NCBI GenBank assembly: GCA_044370105.1
Contig: JBILWC010000003.1
Coordinates: forward strand, 8,962 to 72,961
Length of the DNA stretch: 64,000 nt
Direction: 5' to 3'
From: Steroidobacteraceae bacterium
GTDB lineage: Bacteria; Pseudomonadota; Gammaproteobacteria; Steroidobacterales; Steroidobacteraceae
Shown: in pieces, positions 20,225-29,303 of the stretch
How the letters are laid out: each line of letters opens with the position of its first letter
How positions within the stretch are numbered: the first letter of the stretch is position 1
Program-made: the position numbers and the translations under genes
The notes under the pieces: model-generated
Database searches by the model: none
What the model was told of the DNA's origin: nothing
The model's input: the letters and a program-made list of their open reading frames with translations, nothing else

Positions 20225-20958
20225 CGAGGCGCCTCGGACGCCGGCATCACGACCACGGCCTGCTGCGGCGTGGCGATCACCGCAGAGATCGCCGAGTGGC
20301 GCAGCATCGGCGCGGATACTGCGCTATGGGCACCCACATAACTGGCGAGTTCGAAAGCCGGAGCCGAAGACATCCCGCCACCCTCGCGTAGCGGCGGCGT
20401 GACATAACTCTCGGGCTCAATGCTCGCGGGCGCTGCCGGCGCCGCTTGCGACGCGTCGGCCACCCGGGTCACTGCGCTTGGCGTCGCCGAAGCGACGACG
20501 ATCGTTCGGTCCTCCGGTGCCGCCGGGATCACGACTTCTTTGGCCGTATTTGCTGCGGCAGTCACTTGCGCGGGCGAAACGGAGGTGCCCGAACCTGCGC
20601 CCAACCAGAACATGCCGAGCACGCCGATCACGACGATCGAGGCCGCAAGGCCTGCGCTGCCGAGTGGCACCGCCCAACGCGACCAGGCGCTCGAGGAACG
20701 CCCTGACGAACCGGCAGACCGCTGACCCGACGATTCGCCTCGCGAGATCGCCGCCGCCACTTTCGGTGCGAGCCGTCGTCCGGCCATTTGTTCGCTGCGC
20801 ATCGCCGCACCGATCAGCCCGTAATTCTCCCAGCTTCGACGCAGGTTCTCGTCGCGAGACAGCCGACGCGCGACGAGCTCGCACTCTGCGGGCGGCAGCT
20901 CGCCGTCGTACATCGCCGACAACTGGCTTTCACGTTCGTCGATTTCCTTGATGCTCAT
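20221..20958 (-). CDS. Anti-sigma-E factor, RseA/MucA-like
   Basis: Track ORF 20221..21066 trimmed to MSIKEIDERESQLSAMYDGELPPAE (codon 37). The RseA N-terminal anti-sigma domain motif is MYDGEL...WENYGLIGAAMR. One central TM; Ala/Ser-rich periplasmic tail. Confidence 0.78.
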   Translation of the reverse strand: MSIKEIDERESQLSAMYDGELPPAECELVARRLSRDENLRRSWENYGLIGAAMRSEQMAGRRLAPKVAAAISRGESSGQRSAGSSGRSSSAWSRWAVPLGSAGLAASIVVIGVLGMFWLGAGSGTSVSPAQVTAAANTAKEVVIPAAPEDRTIVVASATPSAVTRVADASQAAPAAPASIEPESYVTPPLREGGGMSSAPAFELASYVGAHSAVSAPMLRHSAISAVIATPQQAVVVMPASEAPR

Positions 20959-21563
20959 CCGATCACCTCTCCCCGCCCAAGCCCGCCATCGAATACTTCG
21001 CGCAAACGGGCGTCGACCGCCTCGCGAGCACGGAAGATCCGGGAGCGCACGGTCCCCACCGGGCACTCCATGGCAGCCGCAATTTCTTCGTAAGACAGTC
21101 CTTCGAGTTCGCGCAGCTGGATCGCCGTGCGCAGATCTTCGGGAAGCGCATCGATCGCCGCCGTCACGATGGAGCGGATCTCCTCGGTGAGCGCGAGCGC
21201 TTCAGGTGTCGCCGTATCTTTCATGTTGGCCACGACGTCATAACCGTCGTCGTCGTCCGATCGATCGACGTCGTATTGAACGGGGCTTCGACCGCGCGAG
21301 GCGAGGACGTTCTTCGCCGTATTGATCGCGATGCGATAGAGCCAGGTGTAGAAGGCGCTGTCACCGCGAAAGCGCGGTAACGCTCGATAGGCCTTGATGA
21401 ATGCTTCCTGGGCAATGTCCTCTGCCTCGGCAGGGTCCCGCACGTAACGCAACACCAGTTTCACGACCTTGTGCTGGTAGCGACGGACCAAGGCATCGAA
21501 GGCCCCGGCGTCCCCGCGTTGGGCGAGTTGCACCAAACTGAGATCGCTTTGCTCGGTACTCAT
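20955..21563 (-). CDS. rpoE: ECF RNA polymerase sigma factor RpoE/AlgU
   Basis: Track ORF trimmed to MSTEQSDLSLVQLAQRGD (codon 14). Region 2 DIAQEAFIKAYRAL and region 4 LSYEEIAAAMECPVGTVRSRIFRAREA. Confidence 0.95.
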   Translation of the reverse strand: MSTEQSDLSLVQLAQRGDAGAFDALVRRYQHKVVKLVLRYVRDPAEAEDIAQEAFIKAYRALPRFRGDSAFYTWLYRIAINTAKNVLASRGRSPVQYDVDRSDDDDGYDVVANMKDTATPEALALTEEIRSIVTAAIDALPEDLRTAIQLRELEGLSYEEIAAAMECPVGTVRSRIFRAREAVDARLREVFDGGLGRGEVIG

Positions 21564-21611
21564 GACCGATGCGTCACAGGCTGTTGCAGGGGCCACGAGC
21601 ATTGCGTCCGA

Positions 21612-21638
21612 TCAGACCGGAGCAATGTGCAAAAGTTC
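21612..21638 (-). promoter_or_regulatory. Sigma-E/AlgU-type autoregulated promoter of rpoE
   Basis: Minus strand reads GAACTT (21638-21633), then 16 nt, then TCTGA (21616-21612), about 49 nt upstream of the rpoE ATG. This matches the AlgU/RpoE consensus GAACTT-N16/17-TCTGA. Confidence 0.6.
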
Positions 21639-21685
21639 GCAAGGGACCCATACGAGACAGTGTAACCGCTTGGCGGATAGCCCGG

Positions 21686-21919
21686 TCACCCCTCTCGGAT
21701 GCGCTCGAGCACGCTCTGAACGGACGGTTCGGGATGGGGTTCGCCGGCGAGGAGGTACCGGGCGAGCTCGGGGTCCTGCAGGTCGAGCAACGCCTCGAAC
21801 GCGCCTATTTCGGCTGGGTTTGCGGCCGATCCGTGACGAGCGAGCCAACGCTCGAGCAGCACGTCGAGCTCCTTCATGCCGCGCCGACATCGCCAGCGCA
21901 GCCGTCCGATCTCGCTCAA
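21686..21919 (-). CDS. sdhE: FAD assembly factor SdhE (SDHAF2/YgfY family)
   Basis: Last 77 codons of track ORF 21686..22183. [25 protein letters not shown] contains the RGxxE region. TTG start at 21919 overlaps the sdhB TGA (TTGA). Confidence 0.85.
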   Translation of the reverse strand: MSEIGRLRWRCRRGMKELDVLLERWLARHGSAANPAEIGAFEALLDLQDPELARYLLAGEPHPEPSVQSVLERIREG

Positions 21920-22704
21920 GCGTGCTCGCGCTCGGCCATCATGAGTTTGATCTCGGCGATGGCCTTGGCCGGGTTGAGGTCTTTGGGACAGGCCTCGGTG
22001 CAATTCATGATGGTGTGGCAGCGATAGAGCCGGAATGGATCTTCCAGCGCATCGAGTCGCTCGCCCGTCGCATCGTCGCGGCTGTCGATGATCCAGCGAT
22101 AGGCCGCCAGCAGCGCCGCCGGGCCGAGATAGCGATCGCCATTCCACCAATAGCTCGGGCAGGAGGTGGAACAGCAGGCACAAAGAATACAGGCCGACGG
22201 CCGGTCGATCTTCTCCTGCTCCTCGGGCGCCTGCAGTCGCTCGCGATCGGGCGGCGCCGGGGTGCGCGATTGCAGCCAGGGCTTCACGGAAGCGTACTGG
22301 GCATAGAACTGCGTGAGGTCGGGCACGAGATCTTTGACCACCGGCATGTGCGGCAGCGGATAGATCTTCACCTCACCCTTCACATCGTCACAGCTTTTGG
22401 TGCAGGCGAGCGTATTCGTGCCGTCGATGTTCATCGCGCAGCTGCCGCAGATGCCCTCTCGGCAGGAGCGACGGAACGTCAGCGACGGGTCGATCTCGTT
22501 TTTGATCTTGATGAGCGCATCGAGCACCATCGGACCGCAGCTGTCCATGTCGATCTCGAAGGTATCGACACGCGGGTTGTCTCCCGCGTTCGGATCGTAG
22601 CGATAGACCTTGAACGTGCGGACACGCGTCGCTCCGGCGGGCGCCTTGTGTACCTTGCCATTGCGGTTGATACGCGAGTTCTCGGGCAGTCGAAGCTGGG
22701 CCAT
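21916..22704 (-). CDS. sdhB: Succinate dehydrogenase iron-sulfur subunit
   Basis: 262 aa. Three Fe-S cluster motifs: [39 protein letters not shown]. Confidence 0.98.
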   Translation of the reverse strand: MAQLRLPENSRINRNGKVHKAPAGATRVRTFKVYRYDPNAGDNPRVDTFEIDMDSCGPMVLDALIKIKNEIDPSLTFRRSCREGICGSCAMNIDGTNTLACTKSCDDVKGEVKIYPLPHMPVVKDLVPDLTQFYAQYASVKPWLQSRTPAPPDRERLQAPEEQEKIDRPSACILCACCSTSCPSYWWNGDRYLGPAALLAAYRWIIDSRDDATGERLDALEDPFRLYRCHTIMNCTEACPKDLNPAKAIAEIKLMMAEREHA

Positions 22705-22725
22705 GGTCGTGGGATCCTGGGGTGA

Positions 22726-24510
22726 TCAGTAGGTGCGAGCCTTGGGCGGAATCGGCTCGACGTCATTGGTCAAAGTATTGAGATGCACCGCGCGATAGTC
22801 GATTTGGGTGTGACCCTTGTCATCGACCCAGCACAGCGTGTGCTTCATCCAGTTGGCGTCATCGCGCTCCTTGAAGTCTTCGCGCGCATGGGCGCCGCGG
22901 CTCTCTTTGCGGTTCTCGGCCGAGCGGATCGTCGCCATCGCCTGACCGAGCAGGTTGTCGAGTTCGAGCGTCTCGATGAGATCGGTGTTCCAGATGAGAC
23001 CCCGATCGCTCGTACGCACGTCGGCGAACGAGTCGTAGGTCTGCTGCAACTTGTCGCAGCCCTCTTGCAGCGAACTGCCCGTGCGGAACACCGCGGCGTC
23101 GGACTGCATGATCTTCTGCATCTCGAGGCGTACTTGCGCGGTCGGGCGACTGCCGTTCGCGTTCAGGAAACGATCGAGACGCGAGAGTGCGAGATCCCCC
23201 GAATCTTTGGGCAGCGGCTTGTGCGACTGACCCGGCTTGACGATCGAGGCGGCGTGACGCCCCGCCTCGCGACCGAACACCACGAGGTCGAGGAGCGAGT
23301 TCGAGCCCAGACGATTGGCGCCGTGCACCGACACGCAGGCCGCCTCGCCCACCGCCATGAGTCCCGGCACCACCGTATCGGCATTGCCGTTTTTGAGGGT
23401 GACGACTTCGCCGTGGTAATTGCAGGGAATTCCGCCCATGTTGTAGTGCACGGTCGGCAATACGGGGATCGGCTCTTTGTTGACGTCGACACCCGCGAAG
23501 ATGCGCGCCGTCTCGGCGATGCCCGGCAGACGCTGCTTGATGACATCCGGCCCCAGATGCTCGAGGTGGAGATGGATGTGATCGGCGTCCTTGCCGACGC
23601 CGCGACCCTCGCGGATCTCGATCGTCATCGAGCGCGACACGACGTCACGCGAGGCGAGATCTTTGGCGTTCGGCGCATAGCGCTCCATGAAACGCTCGCC
23701 GCGCGAGTTGGTGAGATAGCCGCCCTCGCCACGCGAACCCTCGGTGATGAGGCAGCCCGCACCGTAAATGCCGGTCGGATGGAACTGCACGAATTCCATG
23801 TCTTGCAACGGCAGACCGGCGCGCAGCGCCATGCCGCCGCCATCGCCGGTGCAGGTGTGTGCCGACGTGCACGAGAAGTACGCGCGGCCATAGCCACCCG
23901 TCGCCAGAATAACGAGGTGGGCACGAAAGCGATGCAGCGTGCCCTCGGCGAGATTGAGCGCGATCACGCCGCGGCACTCGCCGTTTTCCATGATGAGATC
24001 GATCGCAAAATATTCGATGAAGAACTCCGCTTCGTTCTTGATCGACTGCTGATAAAGCGTGTGCAACATGGCGTGACCCGTACGGTCCGCTGCCGCACAG
24101 GTGCGCTGCGCAATGCCCTTGCCGTACTGCGTCGTCATGCCGCCGAAAGGCCGCTGATAGATGCGGCCATCGGGCGTACGCGAGAACGGCACACCGTAGT
24201 GCTCGAGCTCGATGACGGCGGCAGGCGCCTCTTTGCACATGAACTCGATCGCATCCTGGTCACCGAGCCAGTCGGAACCTTTGATGGTGTCGTAGAAGTG
24301 GTAGCGCCAGTCGTCCTCGCCCATGTTGCCGAGAGCGGCCGAGATACCGCCCTGAGCCGCAACCGTGTGACTACGCGTCGGGAATACTTTGGAGATGCAG
24401 GCCGTCGAGAGCCCTGCTTCGGCAAGTCCGAGCGTCGCGCGCAAACCCGCGCCACCGGCGCCGACTACGACGACGTCGTAGGTGTGATCAATGAACGTGT
24501 ACGAAGCCAT
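22726..24510 (-). CDS. sdhA: Succinate dehydrogenase flavoprotein subunit
   Basis: 594 aa. [13 protein letters not shown] dinucleotide fold, covalent-FAD His in [23 protein letters not shown]. Confidence 0.98.
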   Translation of the reverse strand: MASYTFIDHTYDVVVVGAGGAGLRATLGLAEAGLSTACISKVFPTRSHTVAAQGGISAALGNMGEDDWRYHFYDTIKGSDWLGDQDAIEFMCKEAPAAVIELEHYGVPFSRTPDGRIYQRPFGGMTTQYGKGIAQRTCAAADRTGHAMLHTLYQQSIKNEAEFFIEYFAIDLIMENGECRGVIALNLAEGTLHRFRAHLVILATGGYGRAYFSCTSAHTCTGDGGGMALRAGLPLQDMEFVQFHPTGIYGAGCLITEGSRGEGGYLTNSRGERFMERYAPNAKDLASRDVVSRSMTIEIREGRGVGKDADHIHLHLEHLGPDVIKQRLPGIAETARIFAGVDVNKEPIPVLPTVHYNMGGIPCNYHGEVVTLKNGNADTVVPGLMAVGEAACVSVHGANRLGSNSLLDLVVFGREAGRHAASIVKPGQSHKPLPKDSGDLALSRLDRFLNANGSRPTAQVRLEMQKIMQSDAAVFRTGSSLQEGCDKLQQTYDSFADVRTSDRGLIWNTDLIETLELDNLLGQAMATIRSAENRKESRGAHAREDFKERDDANWMKHTLCWVDDKGHTQIDYRAVHLNTLTNDVEPIPPKARTY

Positions 24511-24516
24511 CTCGGA

Positions 24517-24909
24517 TCATCCCGCGGAAAAAGTGGTGAACGCGATGCGCAGCACGGCATAGCTGCCGGCCACCGCAACGACGACATGGAGGAACGTGCT
24601 GGCGAGGACTGCCGTGACCTTTGCACCCTTGTTGGGAACGTAGTCTTCGATCACGACCTGTACGCCGAGCGCAGAGTGCCAAGCGACCGCGCCGATGAAG
24701 AGCAGCAACCACACCGGGTTGAACCCCGAGGCCACCCAAGCGCGGACGGCGTCGTAGTCGGCCGTTGGCAAATGCACGACCTGGAAGGCGAACCACAGCG
24801 TCAGAGGAACGAGTGCGATCGAGGTCACGCGCTGCACCCACCAGTGGCTCACGCCCTGCTTCGCCGAACCGCGACCAAGCACCTTGCCGAGCGGACTGCG
24901 CAGACTCAT
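24517..24909 (-). CDS. sdhD: Succinate dehydrogenase membrane anchor subunit SdhD
   Basis: 130 aa with three TMs (HWWVQRVTSIALVPL...). Lies between sdhC and sdhA. Confidence 0.9.
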   Translation of the reverse strand: MSLRSPLGKVLGRGSAKQGVSHWWVQRVTSIALVPLTLWFAFQVVHLPTADYDAVRAWVASGFNPVWLLLFIGAVAWHSALGVQVVIEDYVPNKGAKVTAVLASTFLHVVVAVAGSYAVLRIAFTTFSAG

Positions 24910-25295
24910 CGCGGCACCCCCGCGAAGAACGCGACGTAAATGAACGCCCCGGCGAGCAGCAAGGTCGCGATGACGACGATCGCTGCGCTACGTCGCGCTT
25001 CATGCTTTTCGAGACCGCGCCCAAGATCCCAGTTGAGATGACGCAGGCCATTGAACAAGTGGTAGCTGAACGCGGCGATCCATCCGGCCAGCAATAATTG
25101 ACCGAACGCTCCGCCGAGTACCGCGACCGCGAGGGCGTAGGACTCGGGGCCGCTCGCCGCAGCGATCAACCACCCTGCAAGGGCGAGCAGACCGACGGAG
25201 AGGACGATGCCCGTCGCGCGATGCACGATCGAGGTCGCCATGGTGTACGCAAATTTGTACACACCGATATGAGGAGACAAGGGACGTTGGCGCAT
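24906..25295 (-). CDS. sdhC: Succinate dehydrogenase cytochrome b556 subunit SdhC
   Basis: 129 aa. RPLSPHIGVYKF start typical of SdhC, three TMs, heme-ligand His in SYHLFNGLRHL. Confidence 0.9.
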   Translation of the reverse strand: MRQRPLSPHIGVYKFAYTMATSIVHRATGIVLSVGLLALAGWLIAAASGPESYALAVAVLGGAFGQLLLAGWIAAFSYHLFNGLRHLNWDLGRGLEKHEARRSAAIVVIATLLLAGAFIYVAFFAGVPR

Positions 25296-25316
25296 CGGTG
25301 AAGGGTTCCCGTGTGA

Positions 25317-25508
25317 TCAGAAGTCGATGCAGCGGCCGTTCTTCTCCCAATCGCCGAAGCGAGTGGGCTCTGGACCCTTAGGTCCGCCGATCTCGGCGAC
25401 CACCATGGGCTCGTTCAACCCCGCAGGCGGGCTGGATTCATCAGAGATTTCGGGCAAGGATCGGGCCGCAGACGCGGGCCGATCTTCCCCCTGAGGATCG
25501 TTCTGCAT
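25317..25508 (-). CDS. DUF1674 / SDHAF4-like small protein
   Basis: C-terminal 63 codons of track ORF 25317..25940, ending EIGGPKGPEPTRFGDWEKNGRCIDF (DUF1674 C-terminal signature). Alternative ATG at 25538. Lies 21 nt upstream of sdhC. Confidence 0.8.
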   Translation of the reverse strand: MQNDPQGEDRPASAARSLPEISDESSPPAGLNEPMVVAEIGGPKGPEPTRFGDWEKNGRCIDF

Positions 25509-25623
25509 CGAGGCCGGATGATGCCAGAATCGTTGCATCAAGACCACAGGCAAGACCCTGAACTTGATGCACAATTCCTGCTCCAACCCCCGCACTTTTG
25601 ACAGTATTTTTTTAACAGCTCCC

Positions 25624-26646
25624 GTGAACCACACCGCCTCCCCTTCGATTCCCCTCGCCCACCTCGGCGTCCTTACCGTACGCGGCGTGGAGGCTCGGAA
25701 ATTCTTGAACGGCCAGCTCTCGCAGGACGTACTCGGCCTCGCCGCGAATCGCGTCGAACTCGCCGGTCTCCACAATGCGCAAGGCCGAATGATCGCGCTG
25801 CTACGTCTCGTACCGCTCGGCACCGACGACGTGCTCTGCGTGCTGCCGCGCACTCTTCTGGCCGATACGCTCGTGACGCTGCGCAAATTTCTCCTGCGCG
25901 CCAAAGCGACGCTGGCCGACGAGTCGGCGAACTGGATCATCGAAGGTCTTGCAGACGATGCGGCCTTGCCCCCGACGATGGGGAGCGCTCGAGTCGACGG
26001 AGCGCGGATCTCATGGCGTCACGCCGCCGATGGTCGGGTGATGCGACTGCGCCCCACCTCGCCGGACGCTGAGTCGAGCGGCCGCGACACCCGCCTCGAA
26101 AACGATCACTCCTCGGCACAAGAGCAGGCGCTCGCCGCCTGGCAACTCGCCGACATCGCGGCAGGTTTGCCCGAGATTACCGAATCGACGCGCGGCGAGT
26201 TCGTCGCACAAATGTTGAACCTCGATGCCCTCGGCGGGATTTCTTTTACGAAGGGTTGCTACACGGGGCAGGAAGTCATCGCCCGCGCCCATTACCGAGG
26301 TCGCGTGAAGCGTCGGGTTCAAAGATTTCGCATCACCGCGGCGACGTGGTCCGGCGATACGCCGCAACCCATCGAGGCGCTGCAGCACCTCGGCACTCTG
26401 CAGCCCGGACAAAAAGTGAGGTTGAACGATGGCGGTTCAGCACGCGCCGCGCAAATCGTGAACGTCGCTCACGGATCGCAGGGAATCGAATGTCTTGCGG
26501 TCACAAGCTTCGGGCCTGGCACGCCTGAGCCCGCCGGTAGCACGAACGAGACGGTGACGAGCGACACGCCGAGCCACGCCTCTTCAACCGACATGCCAAC
26601 GCTCACGGTCGTCGCCCTGCCGATGAGCTACGCGCTACCCGAGTAG
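25624..26646 (+). CDS. ygfZ: Folate-binding Fe-S cluster repair / tRNA-modifying protein YgfZ
   Basis: Track ORF 25564..26646. GVLTVRGVEARKFLNGQLSQDV and the YgfZ signature FTKGCYTGQEVIARAHYRG. The first 20 codons (25564-25623) are only about 46% GC by my count and look non-coding, so I place the start at in-frame GTG 25624. ATG 25567 is the alternative. Confidence 0.85.
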   Translation: MNHTASPSIPLAHLGVLTVRGVEARKFLNGQLSQDVLGLAANRVELAGLHNAQGRMIALLRLVPLGTDDVLCVLPRTLLADTLVTLRKFLLRAKATLADESANWIIEGLADDAALPPTMGSARVDGARISWRHAADGRVMRLRPTSPDAESSGRDTRLENDHSSAQEQALAAWQLADIAAGLPEITESTRGEFVAQMLNLDALGGISFTKGCYTGQEVIARAHYRGRVKRRVQRFRITAATWSGDTPQPIEALQHLGTLQPGQKVRLNDGGSARAAQIVNVAHGSQGIECLAVTSFGPGTPEPAGSTNETVTSDTPSHASSTDMPTLTVVALPMSYALPE

Positions 26647-26663
26647 ACGCCGCAACGGGAGCG

Positions 26664-28181
26664 TTACTCCGGTCGCATCTGCGGAAAGAGCAGCACGTCG
26701 CGGATCGACGGTGAGTCAGTCAGGAACATCACGAGCCGATCGATGCCGACGCCAAGTCCCGCCGTCGGCGGCATGCCGTACTCAAGCGCACGGACGTAGT
26801 CGGCGTCGTAAAACATCGCCTCGTCGTCTCCCGATTCCTTGCGTGCCACCTGGGCCTGAAATCGTGCGGCCTGATCCTCGGCATCGTTGAGCTCGGAGAA
26901 TCCGTTGGCGAGCTCGCGCCCGCCCACGAAGAACTCGAAGCGATCGGTGAGGAAAGGATCGGCATCGTTGGCACGCGAGAGCGGCGACACTTCGGCCGGA
27001 TAGGCGTAAACGAACGTCGGATCCTGCAGCGTGTGCTCGCCCGTCTTCTCGAAGATTTCGATTTGCAGCTTGCCCGCCCCATCGCCCGGCTTCCAGGCGA
27101 TGCCGAGCTTTTCGCACGCCGCGCGCAGATAAGCCACATCGCGCAACTTCGCGCGCTCGAGGCTCGGATTTTCACGCAGGATGATGTCCTCCACCGAGAT
27201 GCGCGCGAACGGCTGCGAGAGGTCGTAGCGACGCCCCTGTGAGTCGAACTCGAGCGCTCCGACCACCGCTTCGGCCGCGCCGCGCATCATCCGCTCGACC
27301 AGATCCATGAGATCTTGGTAGTCGGCATACGCCTGGTACAACTCGAGCATCGTGAACTCGGGGTTGTGTCGCGTCGACAACCCCTCGTTGCGGAAGTTAC
27401 GATTGATTTCATAGACGCGCTCGAAGCCACCCACGACGAGCCGCTTGAGGTAGAGCTCCGGCGCAATGCGCAGATACATGTCGATGTCGAGCGCATTGTG
27501 GTGCGTGACGAACGGTCGCGCCGTCGCACCGCCCGGAATGGGCTGCATCATCGGCGTTTCGACTTCCATGAAGCCGAGCGTATCGAGCATGTCGCGCAGA
27601 TAACGCACGAGCCGCGTGCGCTTGCGGAACACTCCCCGACTCTCCTCGTTCATGATGAGATCGACGTAGCGCTGACGATAGCGAGCTTCGGTATCGGCGA
27701 GGCCATGCCACTTGTCGGGCAGCGGCCGCAGGGATTTCACGAGCAGCGAGAGCGACTCGACACGCACCGACAACTCACCGGTCTTCGTCCGAAAGAGCGT
27801 GCCCTCGGCGCCCAGGATGTCGCCGATGTCCCAGGTCTTGAACGTCTCATAGTTCTCGCCGAGCGCATCGCGCTGCAGGAAAAGCTGAATCTGCCCCGAG
27901 GAGTCCTGGATCTTCACGAAGCTCGCCTTGCCCATGATGCGACGCAGCATCATGCGGCCCGCGACGTGCACCCGGATCGCCTGCGCCTCGAGTGCGGCGC
28001 CGTCCATTTCACCAAAGCCGAGATGCAACTCGGAGGCGAGCGAGTCGCGCCGGAAATCATTGGGGAACGTAGGAATTCCCCTTTCGCGTAGCACCGAGAG
28101 CTTCTGGCGACGCTCCGCAATGAGTTTGTTCTCGTCTTCCGGTGGTGCCGCGGCACCCTCAGGGGCTTGCGTGTCGCTCAT
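26664..28181 (-). CDS. lysS: Lysine--tRNA ligase (class II)
   Basis: 505 aa. OB anticodon-binding domain, class II motifs FRNEG and [11 protein letters not shown]. Confidence 0.98.
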   Translation of the reverse strand: MSDTQAPEGAAAPPEDENKLIAERRQKLSVLRERGIPTFPNDFRRDSLASELHLGFGEMDGAALEAQAIRVHVAGRMMLRRIMGKASFVKIQDSSGQIQLFLQRDALGENYETFKTWDIGDILGAEGTLFRTKTGELSVRVESLSLLVKSLRPLPDKWHGLADTEARYRQRYVDLIMNEESRGVFRKRTRLVRYLRDMLDTLGFMEVETPMMQPIPGGATARPFVTHHNALDIDMYLRIAPELYLKRLVVGGFERVYEINRNFRNEGLSTRHNPEFTMLELYQAYADYQDLMDLVERMMRGAAEAVVGALEFDSQGRRYDLSQPFARISVEDIILRENPSLERAKLRDVAYLRAACEKLGIAWKPGDGAGKLQIEIFEKTGEHTLQDPTFVYAYPAEVSPLSRANDADPFLTDRFEFFVGGRELANGFSELNDAEDQAARFQAQVARKESGDDEAMFYDADYVRALEYGMPPTAGLGVGIDRLVMFLTDSPSIRDVLLFPQMRPE

Positions 28182-28198
28182 CGTCAGAATGCTCCGCG

Positions 28199-29297
28199 CT
28201 ACAGGCCCGCCTTCAGCGAGGCCTCGAGAAATTGATCGAGATCACCATCGAGCACGGCCGTGGTGTTGCCCACCTCGACATCCGTGCGCAAATCTTTGAT
28301 GCGAGACTGGTCGAGCACATACGAGCGGATCTGGTGACCCCAGCTCACGTCCGACTTCGAGTCTTCGAGCACCTTCGCCGCGGCATTGCGCTTGTTGACC
28401 TCGAGTTCGTAGAGCTTGGCCTTCAGCATCTTCATGGCCGTCGCGCGGTTCTTGTGCTGACTGCGTTCGTTTTGGCAGGCCACGACAATCCCTGAGGGCA
28501 TATGACGGATACGCACCGCCGACTCGGTCTTGTTGACGTGCTGTCCGCCTGCGCCGCTCGAGCGATAAACGTCCATCTCGAGATCAGCCGGGTTGATGTC
28601 GATGTTGATGTCGTCGTCGATCTCGGGCGAGACGAACACCGAGGCAAACGAGGTGTGACGTCGATTACCCGAGTCGAACGGCGACTTGCGCACGAGGCGA
28701 TGCACGCCGGTCTCGGTGCGTAGCCAACCATAGGCGTGGTCACCCTTGAACTCGATGGTGGCGCTCTTGATACCCGCCACTTCACCCGCGCTCGAGTCGA
28801 TGACTTCGGCACTGAAGCCACGCGTCGCCGCCCACTTGAGGTACATGCGCATGATCATCTGTGCCCAGTCCTGCGCCTCGGTGCCGCCGGCACCGGCTTG
28901 GATGTCGAGATAGGCGTTGTGCGAGTCCATCTCGCCACGGAACATGCGCTTGAGCTCGAGCTTGCGCACTTTGGTCTCGACCGAGGGCAGATCGCGTTCG
29001 ACCTCGAGCGCCGTCCCCTCGTCGTCTTCGGCTTCGGCGAGTTCGAGCAATTCGATGGAGTCGCGGACAGAATTTGTCGCCGCGTCGATCTGTTCGATTT
29101 CGGAGGCGAGCTTGGATCGCTCTTTTCCGAGTTCCTGGGCTTTTTCCGGCTTCTGCCAGACCGCCGGATCTTCGAGTTCGCGGCTGACTTCTTCGAGCCG
29201 CTCTTTCTTCAGATCGTATTCAAAGAAACCCCCTTAAGGAGCTGACGCGCTCCTGGAGGTCTGAAAGGGATCGCTTGATGAGTCCGAGTTCGATCAT
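28199..29297 (-). CDS. prfB: Peptide chain release factor 2, programmed +1 frameshift; join(29297..29223, 29221..28199)
   Basis: Track ORF 28199..29050 carries the SPF (RKSPFDSG) and GGQ ([10 protein letters not shown]) motifs but lacks the N-terminus. Upstream, ATG 29297 opens [25 protein letters not shown], then in-frame TGA at 29222-29220. A +1 shift continues [23 protein letters not shown] into the track frame. The joined product is 365 aa. Confidence 0.95.
29220..29234 (-). promoter_or_regulatory. RF2 autoregulatory +1 frameshift site
   Basis: Minus strand reads AGG GGG TTT CTT TGA A: an SD-like AGGGGG (29234-29229) three nt before the slippery CTT (29225-29223) and TGA (29222-29220). 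Compare the E. coli site AGG GGG TAT CTT TGA C. Confidence 0.9.
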
Positions 29298-29303
29298 GGG
29301 CCG

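Noticed and set aside
22783-24939. 718-aa plus-strand ORF. Similar long plus-strand ORFs occur at 53823..55409, 55055..56665, 12799..14106 and 17802..19043.
   Set aside because: All are antisense to strongly supported minus-strand genes (sdhA, bamA, rseP, pdxJ/recO, lepA). They show low-complexity Arg/His/Asp-rich composition.
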